Shown piece after piece: positions 34,897 to 44,630 of a DNA stretch of 64,000 nt. The DNA lies in IMG/VR virus record IMGVR_UViG_3300045988_165974, positions 64,001 to 128,000 of that record, one strand, 5' to 3'. The stretch is from a virus. The first letter of the stretch is position 1. The number at the start of each line of letters is the position of its first letter. A program made the position numbers and the translations under genes. The notes under the pieces are model-generated. The model was not told the origin of the DNA. It did no database searches and worked only from the letters and a program-made list of their open reading frames with translations.

Positions 34897-35356
34897 AAAG
34901 GAGGAATGTTAAGTAACTAAAAACATAATCAAATGTGAGTCAATGTACTCAAAGATACTCAAAATCCAGAGTATTAGCTGGTGACTTAAAACCGCTGAAA
35001 TCTTAGGAAAGATAAGCCAGTACAAGTTGAAACAGTCTTGTTAACTATGGGGCAGAACCCTGATGGTAAAGATTGAGCAATGGTAGAAGTCTACGAAAAC
35101 CAAGTAGCAGAACATAAAATATTAGGAAAGGAAAAGCTATTTAGATGAAACCTGTATCTAATCAATAGAAAGGAATTTACAGGCATGTACCGATGGCTTA
35201 GTCGGGAATTTACGACTGTGGAGTGTACACGAACCTGCGAGTAGCGTATTACTTTGTAATCACAAAAGCATGCACATTGAAGCAGTAACTGCAAGTCGTG
35301 AGACTGCAGCGAATCATCTAGCATATACACATTTGTATATGTTCTTAGTAGCAGAT
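34897..35356 (+). mobile_element. decayed TnpB element retaining its omega-RNA end
   Basis: AGGAGGAATGTTAAGTAAC parallels the RBS and start of tnpB at 13722 (AGGAGGAAGAAATTGCTAAAGAGTTAC) but hits a stop after 4 codons. The 3' part is homologous to 14910-15090. Confidence 0.55.
35175..35356 (+). ncRNA. orphan omega-RNA-like scaffold (no adjacent tnpB)
   Basis: ATGTACCGATGGC-TTAGTCGGGAATTTACGACTGTGGA.TGTACA.GAAC.TG.GAGTAG.GTATTACTTTGTAATCACAAAAGCAT is shared with 14920-15008. The remainder is more diverged but alignable. Confidence 0.6.
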
Positions 35357-35368
35357 GAATTATGAATT

Positions 35369-35581
35369 ATGAAATGTTTTAGAGGAATAAGTGGTTGTGT
35401 GGGATATTCAAATGGAGAATGTCATAGTATAGAGAATTGTAAGTATCAAGATTATTTTTATAATAGCACAACAAATGACAACAGTTCAAAATCTACTAAC
35501 GAATGCAGTAAGAAAGGATTTTGCCCATATAAATCAGGTGATTGGTGTACAGTGGTAAAAAATTGTGCTTATAAAGGTTGA
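35369..35581 (+). CDS. small Cys-rich protein
   Basis: ORF track; 8 Cys; no obvious RBS. Confidence 0.4.
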   Translation: MKCFRGISGCVGYSNGECHSIENCKYQDYFYNSTTNDNSSKSTNECSKKGFCPYKSGDWCTVVKNCAYKG

Positions 35582-35602
35582 GAATAATTGTGAGGGTAGA
35601 CT

Positions 35603-36271
35603 ATGAAAATAGGAATAACTGGAGATGTTCATGGAGATAGGGATTTTAGACAAATATATAATGCCAAAAAGCTTGGAATTACCCATTTAATTATATGTGG
35701 AGATTTTGGACATATTTGGGATGGCTCATATAAAGAGCAAAAAAGACTTAATTACATGAACAAAATAGGAATAAAGATATTATTTGTCGATGGAAACCAT
35801 GAAAATTTTGATTTGTTATATAAATATCCTGTATCAGAAATGTATAGTGGGAAAGTTCAAGTCATAAGAGAAAATATTATACATCTTATGAGAGGAGAAA
35901 TTTATACAATTAACAACAAGAAGTTCTTTGCTTTTGGTGGAGCAGCATCAACTGACAAAGAGTTTCGTACAGAAGGAAAAAGTTGGTGGAAACAAGAACT
36001 TCCTAGCATCGAAGAATATCAAAATGCAATACTTAATTTACAAAAACATAATTTTAATGTTGATTATATAGTAACACATACAAGCTTTCCAAAAGCTTTG
36101 ATTGAATTAGGTGGAGATTATAGAGTTGACGATATGTCTAATTTTTTGAATTACGTGAAAACACAAACAAATTATAAATATTGGTTCTTTGGACATATGC
36201 ATACAAATACAGATATAAAAGACTTAAATGCTATGTGTTTATATAAAAATATATATGTATTGGAGGAATAA
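35603..36271 (+). CDS. calcineurin-like metallophosphoesterase
   Basis: GDVHGD, CGDFGH, GNHEN and GHMH motifs. Confidence 0.8.
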   Translation: MKIGITGDVHGDRDFRQIYNAKKLGITHLIICGDFGHIWDGSYKEQKRLNYMNKIGIKILFVDGNHENFDLLYKYPVSEMYSGKVQVIRENIIHLMRGEIYTINNKKFFAFGGAASTDKEFRTEGKSWWKQELPSIEEYQNAILNLQKHNFNVDYIVTHTSFPKALIELGGDYRVDDMSNFLNYVKTQTNYKYWFFGHMHTNTDIKDLNAMCLYKNIYVLEE

Positions 36272-36679
36272 ATGGGCAGAAAATATCTTAAAGAAATAGG
36301 TATAGAATTAAAGGACACTCCTTGGGGCTGGAACGGAAACGACAAGAGAAAAGAAAAATGGAGAAAAGAAAGAAAAGAAATAGGTTTTGATGAAAGAGAA
36401 ACATGGTCTTTAGACCGTACTATGGAACTATTGTTATATGAAAGATTGTGCAGATACAAAGAAATAGCAGAAAAAGTAATTGATTTAGACTTTCATGTAT
36501 TTGAATATAATAATGAAGAATTAACACAAAGACAATGTATAGACAGAATGATTGAAGGTTTGAAATTAGAATTAACATTAGACCTATTTGACGAAAAAAG
36601 AGAAGACGAATACGTTAAAGAAAAAATAGAAAATATATGGAAAATATATGATTTATGTAAAAATACATTATGGTGGTAA
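36272..36679 (+). CDS. hypothetical protein
   Basis: ORF track; start abuts the upstream stop codon. Confidence 0.55.
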   Translation: MGRKYLKEIGIELKDTPWGWNGNDKRKEKWRKERKEIGFDERETWSLDRTMELLLYERLCRYKEIAEKVIDLDFHVFEYNNEELTQRQCIDRMIEGLKLELTLDLFDEKREDEYVKEKIENIWKIYDLCKNTLWW

Positions 36680-36690
36680 GAGGGATTCAT

Positions 36691-37002
36691 ATGAATAGTA
36701 TATTAGATTTAGGTTCAGTTTATGAAATAAGAAATATAAATTATGTAATAATAGAAGTTTATAAATTAGAGGACCATGATTGTGGTGGATGGGGTAATGG
36801 AGGCTGGATAACGTATTATTATAAAGCGATTCCATTAAGTATTATTAAAGCAGATACATATAATCTATTAGATTTAGATAATAGGATTATCGAATTTAAT
36901 TCTGATGATAAAGAAATAATGGAAAGTATTAAAAAAGTAAGTGGTATTAATTATGATGTTAAAAGTTGGACTATAAGTGGTTTTATTTTAAATAAAAAAT
37001 AA
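36691..37002 (+). CDS. hypothetical protein
   Basis: ATG with an AGAGGGA RBS, within track ORF 36670..37002. Confidence 0.5.
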   Translation: MNSILDLGSVYEIRNINYVIIEVYKLEDHDCGGWGNGGWITYYYKAIPLSIIKADTYNLLDLDNRIIEFNSDDKEIMESIKKVSGINYDVKSWTISGFILNKK

Positions 37003-37031
37003 TTGACAATAATTATCAGTAAGACGACCTC

Positions 37032-37050
37032 GTGAGAGCCTGTGAGAGCC
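37032..37050. repeat. tandem direct repeat GTGAGAGCC x2
   Basis: Copies at 37032-37040 and 37042-37050, in the 254-nt non-coding region upstream of the small recombinase. Confidence 0.5.
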
Positions 37051-37256
37051 ATTTTAAAAATATGGTCGAGTGTTTATACCTTGAGATTCTTAGAATTGAA
37101 ATTAGAAAAAATCAAAACTTCAAACTTTCCGTTTACAATAAAAAATGTGTGAATAACACCATATTTTATATATTTAATTAAAAACATAATAAAATCCTTG
37201 CTAATAACCCCGTAATCTCTATATAATATGGGTAATAGGGTAAAAGGAGATTTATT

Positions 37257-37847
37257 ATGGAAAGAAAAATTAAATCAAGAAAGATACCAGAGGTTCTTAC
37301 TGATTATGAACAAAGACAATTAATTAATGTTTTTAATACAAGATATTTTTATCCGTACAGAAATCAAACTATGATTGAATTATTTTTATGTACTGGATTA
37401 AGACTTTCAGAAATGACACATTTAAAATGGAAAGATATAAATTTAATGACTGGGCAGCTTAAAGTTGTTCAAGGTAAGAATTCAAAAGATAGAATATTGT
37501 GGATTAGTGAAAATATGTTAAACAAACTTCAAATTTGGAAATCAAAAGAATTCGAAAGATTTGGAAAGTGTGAATTGGTTTTCTGTACTAGTAATCATAA
37601 TCCAATAGATAGCAAGACTATGGATACTATGATAAAAACTTATTCAAAAAAAGCAGGAATAACTAAACATATTTCATGTCACACACTTAGACATACTTTT
37701 GCTACAGACTTACTTAAAGCGACTAAAAATATACGATTAGTTCAAAAAGCATTGGGGCATTCAGATATATCAATTACTATGATTTATACTCATATTGTAG
37801 ATGACGAATTGGAAGATGCTTTAAAAAACTTTAGAAGGGAGTTATAA
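37257..37847 (+). CDS. small tyrosine recombinase (catalytic domain only, 196 aa)
   Basis: CTGLRLSEM (Arg box), HTLRHTFATDLL (HxxR) and LGHSDISITMIYTH (Tyr box). Confidence 0.8.
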   Translation: MERKIKSRKIPEVLTDYEQRQLINVFNTRYFYPYRNQTMIELFLCTGLRLSEMTHLKWKDINLMTGQLKVVQGKNSKDRILWISENMLNKLQIWKSKEFERFGKCELVFCTSNHNPIDSKTMDTMIKTYSKKAGITKHISCHTLRHTFATDLLKATKNIRLVQKALGHSDISITMIYTHIVDDELEDALKNFRREL

Positions 37848-37948
37848 ATTGTGATTGCAAAAGGTGATTTGAGAATAGAAAATCCTAAAGTATCAAGTAG
37901 ATGTGGATTTATTGAGTTGCCAATAAGAGTAATTAAGGAGGAATAAAT

Positions 37949-38356
37949 ATGGCAGAAGTAGATTATAAATTTCAACGTTGTGATAGAGATGAAAATGGCA
38001 ATTTTAAATTAACAACTATTAAACCATTAGAAGATATCTTTAAAGATTTAGAAAATTACAATAAATATTTGGAAGATGTAATTGTTGATTTACGAAAAGA
38101 AGTAAAAAAATTAAAAAACTTTAATAAAGACGAAGAAATTGAAAAGCTTAAAAAAGAAATAGAAAATTTGGAAGAACAATCAGTTTATGTCTTAACTAAA
38201 TCTCAAAAAGAAAAAATGGAAAAATTCAGACACGAACACTATAAAATGACAGGTCATAGTTATTATCAAATTGTATTAAGCCCCAACGAGATATTTACAA
38301 AGGTTGTAATACAATGTGATAAATGTGATGAAGAATTAGATTTGACTATATATTAA
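37949..38356 (+). CDS. coiled-coil hypothetical protein
   Basis: ORF track; GGAGGA RBS. Confidence 0.55.
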   Translation: MAEVDYKFQRCDRDENGNFKLTTIKPLEDIFKDLENYNKYLEDVIVDLRKEVKKLKNFNKDEEIEKLKKEIENLEEQSVYVLTKSQKEKMEKFRHEHYKMTGHSYYQIVLSPNEIFTKVVIQCDKCDEELDLTIY

Positions 38357-38370
38357 GTGGAGAAAATATA

Positions 38371-38439
38371 ATGTATTTATTGTGTTTTTTGTTTGGAATA
38401 GTAATTGGAATGGCTATTTTAAGTATTTTAGAAAAATAG
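38371..38439 (+). CDS. possible 22-aa hydrophobic peptide
   Basis: MYLLCFLFGIVIGMAILSILEK after a GGAGA RBS. Below the track cutoff. Confidence 0.3.
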   Translation: MYLLCFLFGIVIGMAILSILEK

Positions 38440-38455
38440 AAATTGAGGTGAGAAT

Positions 38456-38800
38456 ATGAATAGAACACAATTAAATGACAGATTTGATAAATATTGTGAA
38501 CAAAAAGATTGTGAGAGAATCTGTACATTAGAAAACTATAGAGATTGTTTTATTGGTTATTTATTAGATAATTATGATTTAAAATTAAAAGAAGAACCAA
38601 AAATTGACTGGACAAAAGTTCCAGTCGATGCTAAAATATTGGTAAGAGAATTTCATAATGATAGATGGCTTAAAAGACGATTTGCAAAATTCGAAAATGG
38701 AAAAGTATATGCTTTTCAACTTGGAATGGATTCTTGGACAACAGGAATTAAATCTCCGATAAGTTGGAATTTTGCAAAATTAGTTGACGAACCTAAATAA
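38456..38800 (+). CDS. hypothetical protein; shares a C-terminal domain with 31957..32616
   Basis: ORF track; GAGGTGAG RBS. Confidence 0.55.
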   Translation: MNRTQLNDRFDKYCEQKDCERICTLENYRDCFIGYLLDNYDLKLKEEPKIDWTKVPVDAKILVREFHNDRWLKRRFAKFENGKVYAFQLGMDSWTTGIKSPISWNFAKLVDEPK

Positions 38801-38837
38801 AAACATTATTAATAAAACATGAAGTGGAGTTGATAGA

Positions 38838-39632
38838 ATGGGATTATTTAACAAATTATTTGGGAAACAAGAAAACAAAGAAGAAACTTTGAAAGTGGGA
38901 ACACAAAATATAATGCCACAAGGTATTACAGATGTTGAATTCAAAATGCCAACTACTAGTGAGCAAATGAGAAAAATTAATCTTAGAAAAGAAACATTAA
39001 ATAAAGTATGTTTAACTAAAACACCTTTAAATAATTTAACTGCTAGAGTTGTTGTAGCACTTGATTATTCTGGGTCAATGAGAAGTTTATATAGAAATGG
39101 GTCTGTTCAAGAAGTTCTTAATAGATTATTACCTTTAGGTTTAAAATTTGATGATAATGGAGAAGTTGAATTACATTTATTTTCAAATGATTCTTGGCAA
39201 ATTCCTTCATTAAATATAAATAATTTTCATGATTATGTAAGAAGTAGTAAGATATTAAGAAAATATGAAATGGGAGGAACTAATTATGCTCCTGTCATGG
39301 AATCAATAATTAAAGAACATTCGTCACATAAAGACAAAGTACCAACTTTTGTTATTTTTATTACAGATGGAGATGCATGGGATAAATCTAAATCAGAAAA
39401 AGTTATTAAAGATGCATCAAAATTAGGAATCTTTTGGCAATTTGTTGGAATTGGATATGAAGATTTTGATTTCTTAGAAAAACTAGATGACATGACTGGA
39501 AGAGTTGTTGATAATGCAGATTTTTTAAATGTAAATAAAATAGCAAACCTATCTGATGAAGAACTATATGCTAAATTATTAGGAGAATTTCCAAACTGGA
39601 TTCAAGCTGCTAAAAATAAAAACATAATTTAA
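38838..39632 (+). CDS. vWA-domain protein (TerF C-terminal type)
   Basis: MIDAS-like ALDYSGSM...GGTNY...FITDGD. Confidence 0.7.
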   Translation: MGLFNKLFGKQENKEETLKVGTQNIMPQGITDVEFKMPTTSEQMRKINLRKETLNKVCLTKTPLNNLTARVVVALDYSGSMRSLYRNGSVQEVLNRLLPLGLKFDDNGEVELHLFSNDSWQIPSLNINNFHDYVRSSKILRKYEMGGTNYAPVMESIIKEHSSHKDKVPTFVIFITDGDAWDKSKSEKVIKDASKLGIFWQFVGIGYEDFDFLEKLDDMTGRVVDNADFLNVNKIANLSDEELYAKLLGEFPNWIQAAKNKNII

Positions 39633-39639
39633 CAGACGG

Positions 39640-39666
39640 TGAGAGAGTAATTTACTCTCTCATTTT
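39640..39666 (+). terminator. rho-independent terminator
   Basis: Stem tgagagagta/tactctctca followed by TTTT. Confidence 0.65.
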
Positions 39667-39685
39667 ACTAGAAAGGAATAATTTC

Positions 39686-40915
39686 ATGAAAACATATGTT
39701 AATTATCATAAACACACATTTTATAGCAATATTATGACTCCTGATTGTACTGTTTCTGTTGAACAATATTTAAATAGAATACAAGAACTTGGATATGGAG
39801 TTTATAGTACTGTAGAACATGGATATGGAGGAGAAAATTTCGAAACTTATCTTAAAGTAGAAAAGTTCAATAAAAAAAGAGAAAAAAAGGGACTTTCTCC
39901 AATAAAAATAATTTTTGGAATGGAATTATATTGGGTTCAGGATAGACATAAAAAGGATAAATCAAACTGTCATATAGTTGTACTTGCAAGAAATAATAAT
40001 GGAAGAAAAGCTCTAAATAAGATTATGAGCAGAGGAAATATAGATGGGTACTACTATAAGCCTAGAGTGGATTTAGAACTCCTTATGAGCCTTCCTCCAG
40101 ACGATATAATGATAACTACTGCCTGCATAGCTTTTAATAGATATGAGGATATAGACGATATAATACTTATGCTAAATGATAGATTTCCACATTTTTATTT
40201 AGAAGTTCAAGCACATAATGTAGAAATTCAGAAAAAATGGAATCAACATCTTTTAGATTTAAGCTATGAACATGACTTAAAAATAATTGCAGGAGTAGAT
40301 AGTCATATGATATATGAATCTCAAGAAATAGAAAGAGATGAATATTTAAAAAGCAAAAATATGATATATGAAGAAGAAGACGGGTTTTACTTAGATTATC
40401 CAGATTATGAGACATTATATGATAGATTTAAGACCCAAGGAATATTATCTGATGAAGAAATAACTTTAGCTTTAGAAAATACAAATAAAATATTAGAATT
40501 TGAAGATATAAAATTAGATAAATCCATGAAATTACCTAATATATATAAAACTTTAACTCAAGAAGAGAGAAATCAAAAACTTCACGATATTGTATTTGAA
40601 AACTGGAGAAAAGAAAAAAATAATGTTCCAAAAGATAAATGGTCTTATTATGAAAAACAAATTAATTATGAACTTTCTGAAATATTTGGATGCGGAATGG
40701 CAGATTATTTCTTGTTTAATGAAAAAACAATAGATTTAGGAATAAACAAATATGGAGGAGTTTTAACACATAGCGGAAGGGGAAGTGCAGTTAGTTTTTA
40801 TACAAATAAATTACTTGGATTTACAAATGTAGATAGAATCGCTTCAAAAATAACTATGTACCCTGAACGTTTTATGACTAAAGACAGAATACTAAAATCT
40901 CATACCCCACCTGAT
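39686..40915 (+). CDS. dnaE: DNA polymerase III alpha subunit, exon 1 (PHP domain to catalytic PD)
   Basis: PHP motif HKHTFYS and GRGSAVSFYTNKLLGFTNVD...PERFMT...PPD. The track ORF tail WKIFIKYAY* is intron read-through. Confidence 0.8.
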
Positions 40916-42171
40916 TGGAAAATATTTATAAAATATGCTTATTAAAAAATATGAAAACTGATTATTATGTTTACGAATGGTACAATATTGAAACCAAAGA
41001 AGTTTTTTATGTTGGAAAAGGGAGAAAACATCGTTTTAAATGTGTTAGTGCTAAAAAAAAGAAGTAAAGAATTTATCAGTTATTATAATTCTCATAAATG
41101 TGACGTTAGAAAAATTAAAACAAATTTAACAGAAAAAGAAACTTATGAATTAGAAATTAAAATTATACAATATTATTTAGAAAATACTTCATATCCTCTT
41201 ACAAATAAAACTAAAGGAGGAGATGGAGGCAGAGGAGAATTAATAACAAATGAATTTAGGACTAAAATGAGCAAAATTGTAAGAGGAGAAAATAATCCAA
41301 ATTACGGTCACTATTGGACAGAAGAACAAAGAGAAAAGTTAAGAGAAAAAATGATTGATAGATACAATGGAGAAAATAACCCTAATTACGGAAACCGTTG
41401 GAATAACCAACAAAGGGAAAGAATGAGTATTCAAAGAAAAAATAATCCAAAATATTCAAATGGAAATCACGGAAGAGCTAAAAGGGTTATCGTGTTAGAA
41501 ACTGGCGAAAAATTTGATTGTGTGAAATTAGCAAAAGCAAAAAGAGATGAATTAAATAAATCTTCTTTAGAATATAATATTGTAGAATTAACAGAAGAAA
41601 ATGAAAAATATTTAGACGATGAAATAAATAGAATCAAAGAGATAAAGAAAATTTTAAAATTAAAAACAAAGCTGTTTTTCTTTATAAGAGATGATAATAA
41701 AATAATATATTCACTCAAATCTCTAATGGAAGAAACAGGATTTGGAAAGAAAAAAATAAAATCCATGATAGAAAAAGAAGGAAGTGTAAAAACAAATAAG
41801 CATATTTATTATAAAATATAACAGTCGTCTTATAAGGAAACTTATAGGATTACCATATCGCAAATTGTCTGGAACAAAGACTCTATATTTAACCTTTATA
41901 GAGTCACCCTAAAGCCTCATTTACTACAACATAAGAATGAAATAAATCTAAGTGTGAATGTTGCGAAAGCAGAAAAAAATAATGAGGATGCCATAAGCTG
42001 AGATAAAAGCATACATAGGGTTATTGTATGTGCTAAGTGGTGTAAGAATGGGAAATCAGCAGCCGTGCCTCGAATAGAGGAGGGTTCAACGACTAAGCTC
42101 GATACACCTGTAAAATGGTGAAGATATAGTCTACTCCCCTAAGAAATATCGGGAAACCGAGGGTATTAAGG
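40916..42171 (+). mobile_element. group I intron (IA2-like core) carrying a GIY-YIG homing endonuclease ORF
   Basis: The 5' exon ends in U and the intron ends in G. The core contains AATCAGCAG, GGTTCAACGACT and AGATATAGTC, as in T4-type introns. Splicing restores ...PPD|IDFNVSDRE..., the PolIIIalpha PD-x-D-F catalytic motif. Confidence 0.75.
40951..41821 (+). pseudogene. GIY-YIG homing endonuclease interrupted by a frameshift in an A8 run
   Basis: Frame 1 reads MKTDYYVYEWYN..EVFYVGKGRKHRF..AKKKK* (stop at 41065-41067). Frame 2 continues ..KKRSKEFISYYN... with NUMOD3-like GENNPNYG x2. The frames join if one A of 41053-41060 is removed. Confidence 0.75.
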
Positions 42172-44214
42172 ATAGATTTTAATGTAAGTGACAGAGAGCC
42201 ATTCCTAAAGGCTCAAAAGGAATTATTAGGAGAAACTTGTTGTTATGATTTATTAGCTTTTGGTACATTAAAACTTAAAGCTGCTTGGAAAATGTATGCT
42301 AGAGCTTGTGACATAAATCCAACTAAAGCTAATGAAATATCTCAACAAATAACTGCATATGAAACTAGATTAAAATATGCAAAAAGAGATGAAAATGGAG
42401 AACTTTTAGACGAAATAAATGTAGAAGATTTCGTAGAATCTAAATATCTTCCATTAATTGACGAATGCAAAAAATATTTAGGAATAATAGATAATGGGAA
42501 AGCACATCCGTGTGGCTGTCTAGTCGGCTCATTTGATATAGAAGAAGAAGTTGGAGTTATCTTATGTAAATCAGAAACCACAAAAAAACAAGTTTTGACT
42601 GCTTGTATTCAAAGTGGAGTAATAGATTACTTTTCCTTCTTAAAAAATGATTTCCTAATCGTTTCGGTAGTAAAAACAACAAATGAAATTTACAATCGTT
42701 TAGGAATAAAACAATACTCCGAAAAAGAATTACTTGAATTAGTTGAAAATAATCAAAAGGTTTGGGATATATATAAGAATGGACTAACATTATGTATTAA
42801 TCAAATAGAAAAACCAGGAACTCGTAAAAAAGTTATGAAGTATAAGCCTAAAAATATAGTTGAACTAACTGCTTTTATTGCTGCAATAAGACCTTCATTT
42901 AAATCTTTAGTAAAACAATTTTTATCTAGGGAAGATTTTCATTATGATGTAAAAGAATTTGATGAATTATTGCAAACAGAAGAAATGCCATATTCTTATA
43001 TATTTTATCAAGAACAACTAATGAAAATATTAGGATTTGCTAACTTTGACATAAAAGAAACATATGACATAGTAAAATCAATTTCTAAGAAAAAAACATA
43101 TTGTAAAGAATGTGGAAATACGGGAAATGACGGAATGAAAACCTGTCCCGTATGTGGAAGTACAAAAATTGCTGCATTGGTTGATAAATTTGAAGAACAA
43201 TTCTTAGATGGATTTACTAATAAGATAAGTACTCATGATGTAGAAATAACAAAAAAAATTTGGAGGGTCTTATTAGATTTTGCTAAATATGGATTCAATG
43301 CCTCTCATGCTTATTGTATGGCTTTAGATAGTGTCGAACAGGCATATCTTAAAGCTTATCATACGGGAGTATTCTATGAGGTCATGTTAAGCATCTATAC
43401 AAAAAAAGGAGAAAAAGATAAAGTATCAGAACTAAAACAAGAAATGAAAAACTTTGGCATCAAATTAGGTAAAATAGCTTTTGGAGAAAATAATTATGAG
43501 TTTAAATACATTCCTGAAAAGAATGAAATAACTCAAAATATAACTTCTTTTAAAAATATAAATCAACAATGTGCGATAGAGTTATATAAACTTTCTCAAG
43601 CTAAACGCTATAATAATTTTTTAGAACTATTAAAAGATATAAAAGAAAAAACTTCAATCTCAAAAAGACAATTAGACCCACTTATAGATATGGGGTATTT
43701 TGCAGAATTTGGAAACACACAATATATTAGAAAATGTTATGAAGTATTTGAAATGTTTTATAAAAAAGTACAATTTAGTAATGCAAATCCATATTCTTAT
43801 ATTATTGAAAAATACGCTAATAAAAAAACTCCTAAGCAATACAGAGAAGTAGATACAGATAAAGTAATGTTAGATATCATGAGTAATTATGATAAAGCTG
43901 TGAGCGACATTGAAAAGGTTATATACGATTTTAAAAAATACAATGAAACAAGTCACATAACAGAAAATAAATATTATGTCGTTATGGATTTAGATACAAA
44001 ATATTCTCCAAAACTTACTTTGTATAATACTAAAAATAAAAACAAACAGGTAGTAAAAATAAGTAAATCTTTGTTTAATAAAATACCATTATCAGAGTAC
44101 GATGCAATTAAAATAAAAAAAGTAGTTCCAAAACCTAGAAAGAAAAAAATTGACGGAGAATGGACTAATTTATCTGTAACAGATTATTGGATAATAGACT
44201 ATGAAAAAGTATAG
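42172..44214 (+). CDS. dnaE: DNA polymerase III alpha subunit, exon 2
   Basis: In-frame continuation IDFNVSDREPFLKAQKELLGE...LLAFGTLKLK upstream of the track ORF start at 42292. Carries a CxxC...CxxC insertion. Confidence 0.8.
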   Translation: MDFNVSDREPFLKAQKELLGETCCYDLLAFGTLKLKAAWKMYARACDINPTKANEISQQITAYETRLKYAKRDENGELLDEINVEDFVESKYLPLIDECKKYLGIIDNGKAHPCGCLVGSFDIEEEVGVILCKSETTKKQVLTACIQSGVIDYFSFLKNDFLIVSVVKTTNEIYNRLGIKQYSEKELLELVENNQKVWDIYKNGLTLCINQIEKPGTRKKVMKYKPKNIVELTAFIAAIRPSFKSLVKQFLSREDFHYDVKEFDELLQTEEMPYSYIFYQEQLMKILGFANFDIKETYDIVKSISKKKTYCKECGNTGNDGMKTCPVCGSTKIAALVDKFEEQFLDGFTNKISTHDVEITKKIWRVLLDFAKYGFNASHAYCMALDSVEQAYLKAYHTGVFYEVMLSIYTKKGEKDKVSELKQEMKNFGIKLGKIAFGENNYEFKYIPEKNEITQNITSFKNINQQCAIELYKLSQAKRYNNFLELLKDIKEKTSISKRQLDPLIDMGYFAEFGNTQYIRKCYEVFEMFYKKVQFSNANPYSYIIEKYANKKTPKQYREVDTDKVMLDIMSNYDKAVSDIEKVIYDFKKYNETSHITENKYYVVMDLDTKYSPKLTLYNTKNKNKQVVKISKSLFNKIPLSEYDAIKIKKVVPKPRKKKIDGEWTNLSVTDYWIIDYEKV

Positions 44215-44223
44215 TTTTCTTAG

Positions 44224-44252
44224 TTGACATACCGAAATAAAAATACTATAAT
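44224..44252 (+). promoter_or_regulatory. sigma-A type promoter
   Basis: TTGACA, 17-nt spacer, TATAAT. Confidence 0.65.
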
Positions 44253-44286
44253 TAACTTATAAAATACATAAGCAAATAAATAATTA

Positions 44287-44362
44287 ATATGCCACCTATT
44301 AATGCAGAATGTGTTTTAATTAGGGTAATATGTTTTATTTTTCTTGTGATTAGGTGGCATAT
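44287..44362 (+). promoter_or_regulatory. long-range 5'-leader hairpin
   Basis: The 12-bp stem ATATGCCACCTA/TAGGTGGCATAT encloses about 52 nt and ends 2 nt before the GGAAAGGA RBS of 44376. Confidence 0.5.
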
Positions 44363-44375
44363 GGAAAGGATGTAA

Positions 44376-44630
44376 ATGACAAAAGAAAAACCTATAAGAG
44401 TTCTTTTTGGAAATGAAAGTGGTAGAATCCTCGTAGATAAAGACTACTTAGAAATTGAAAATGGATTATATAAAGTTTCTTCAAATGCAGAAGATGTAAC
44501 AGGTGATGCAATATTTGCAGTCGCCAAATTCTTAGAACAAGGAAAATGGAAATTTGAATTTGAAGAAGACGGGAAAATCTATCAGTTGAAATTAAAGACA
44601 AAGAAAAAAATCAGAAAGAGAAATGATTAG
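44376..44630 (+). CDS. hypothetical protein
   Basis: ORF track. Confidence 0.55.
   Translation: MTKEKPIRVLFGNESGRILVDKDYLEIENGLYKVSSNAEDVTGDAIFAVAKFLEQGKWKFEFEEDGKIYQLKLKTKKKIRKRND

Noticed and set aside
40916-40945. The C-terminal tail WKIFIKYAY of track ORF 39686..40945
   Set aside because: It is read-through into the group I intron. The polymerase motif continues at 42172 after splicing.
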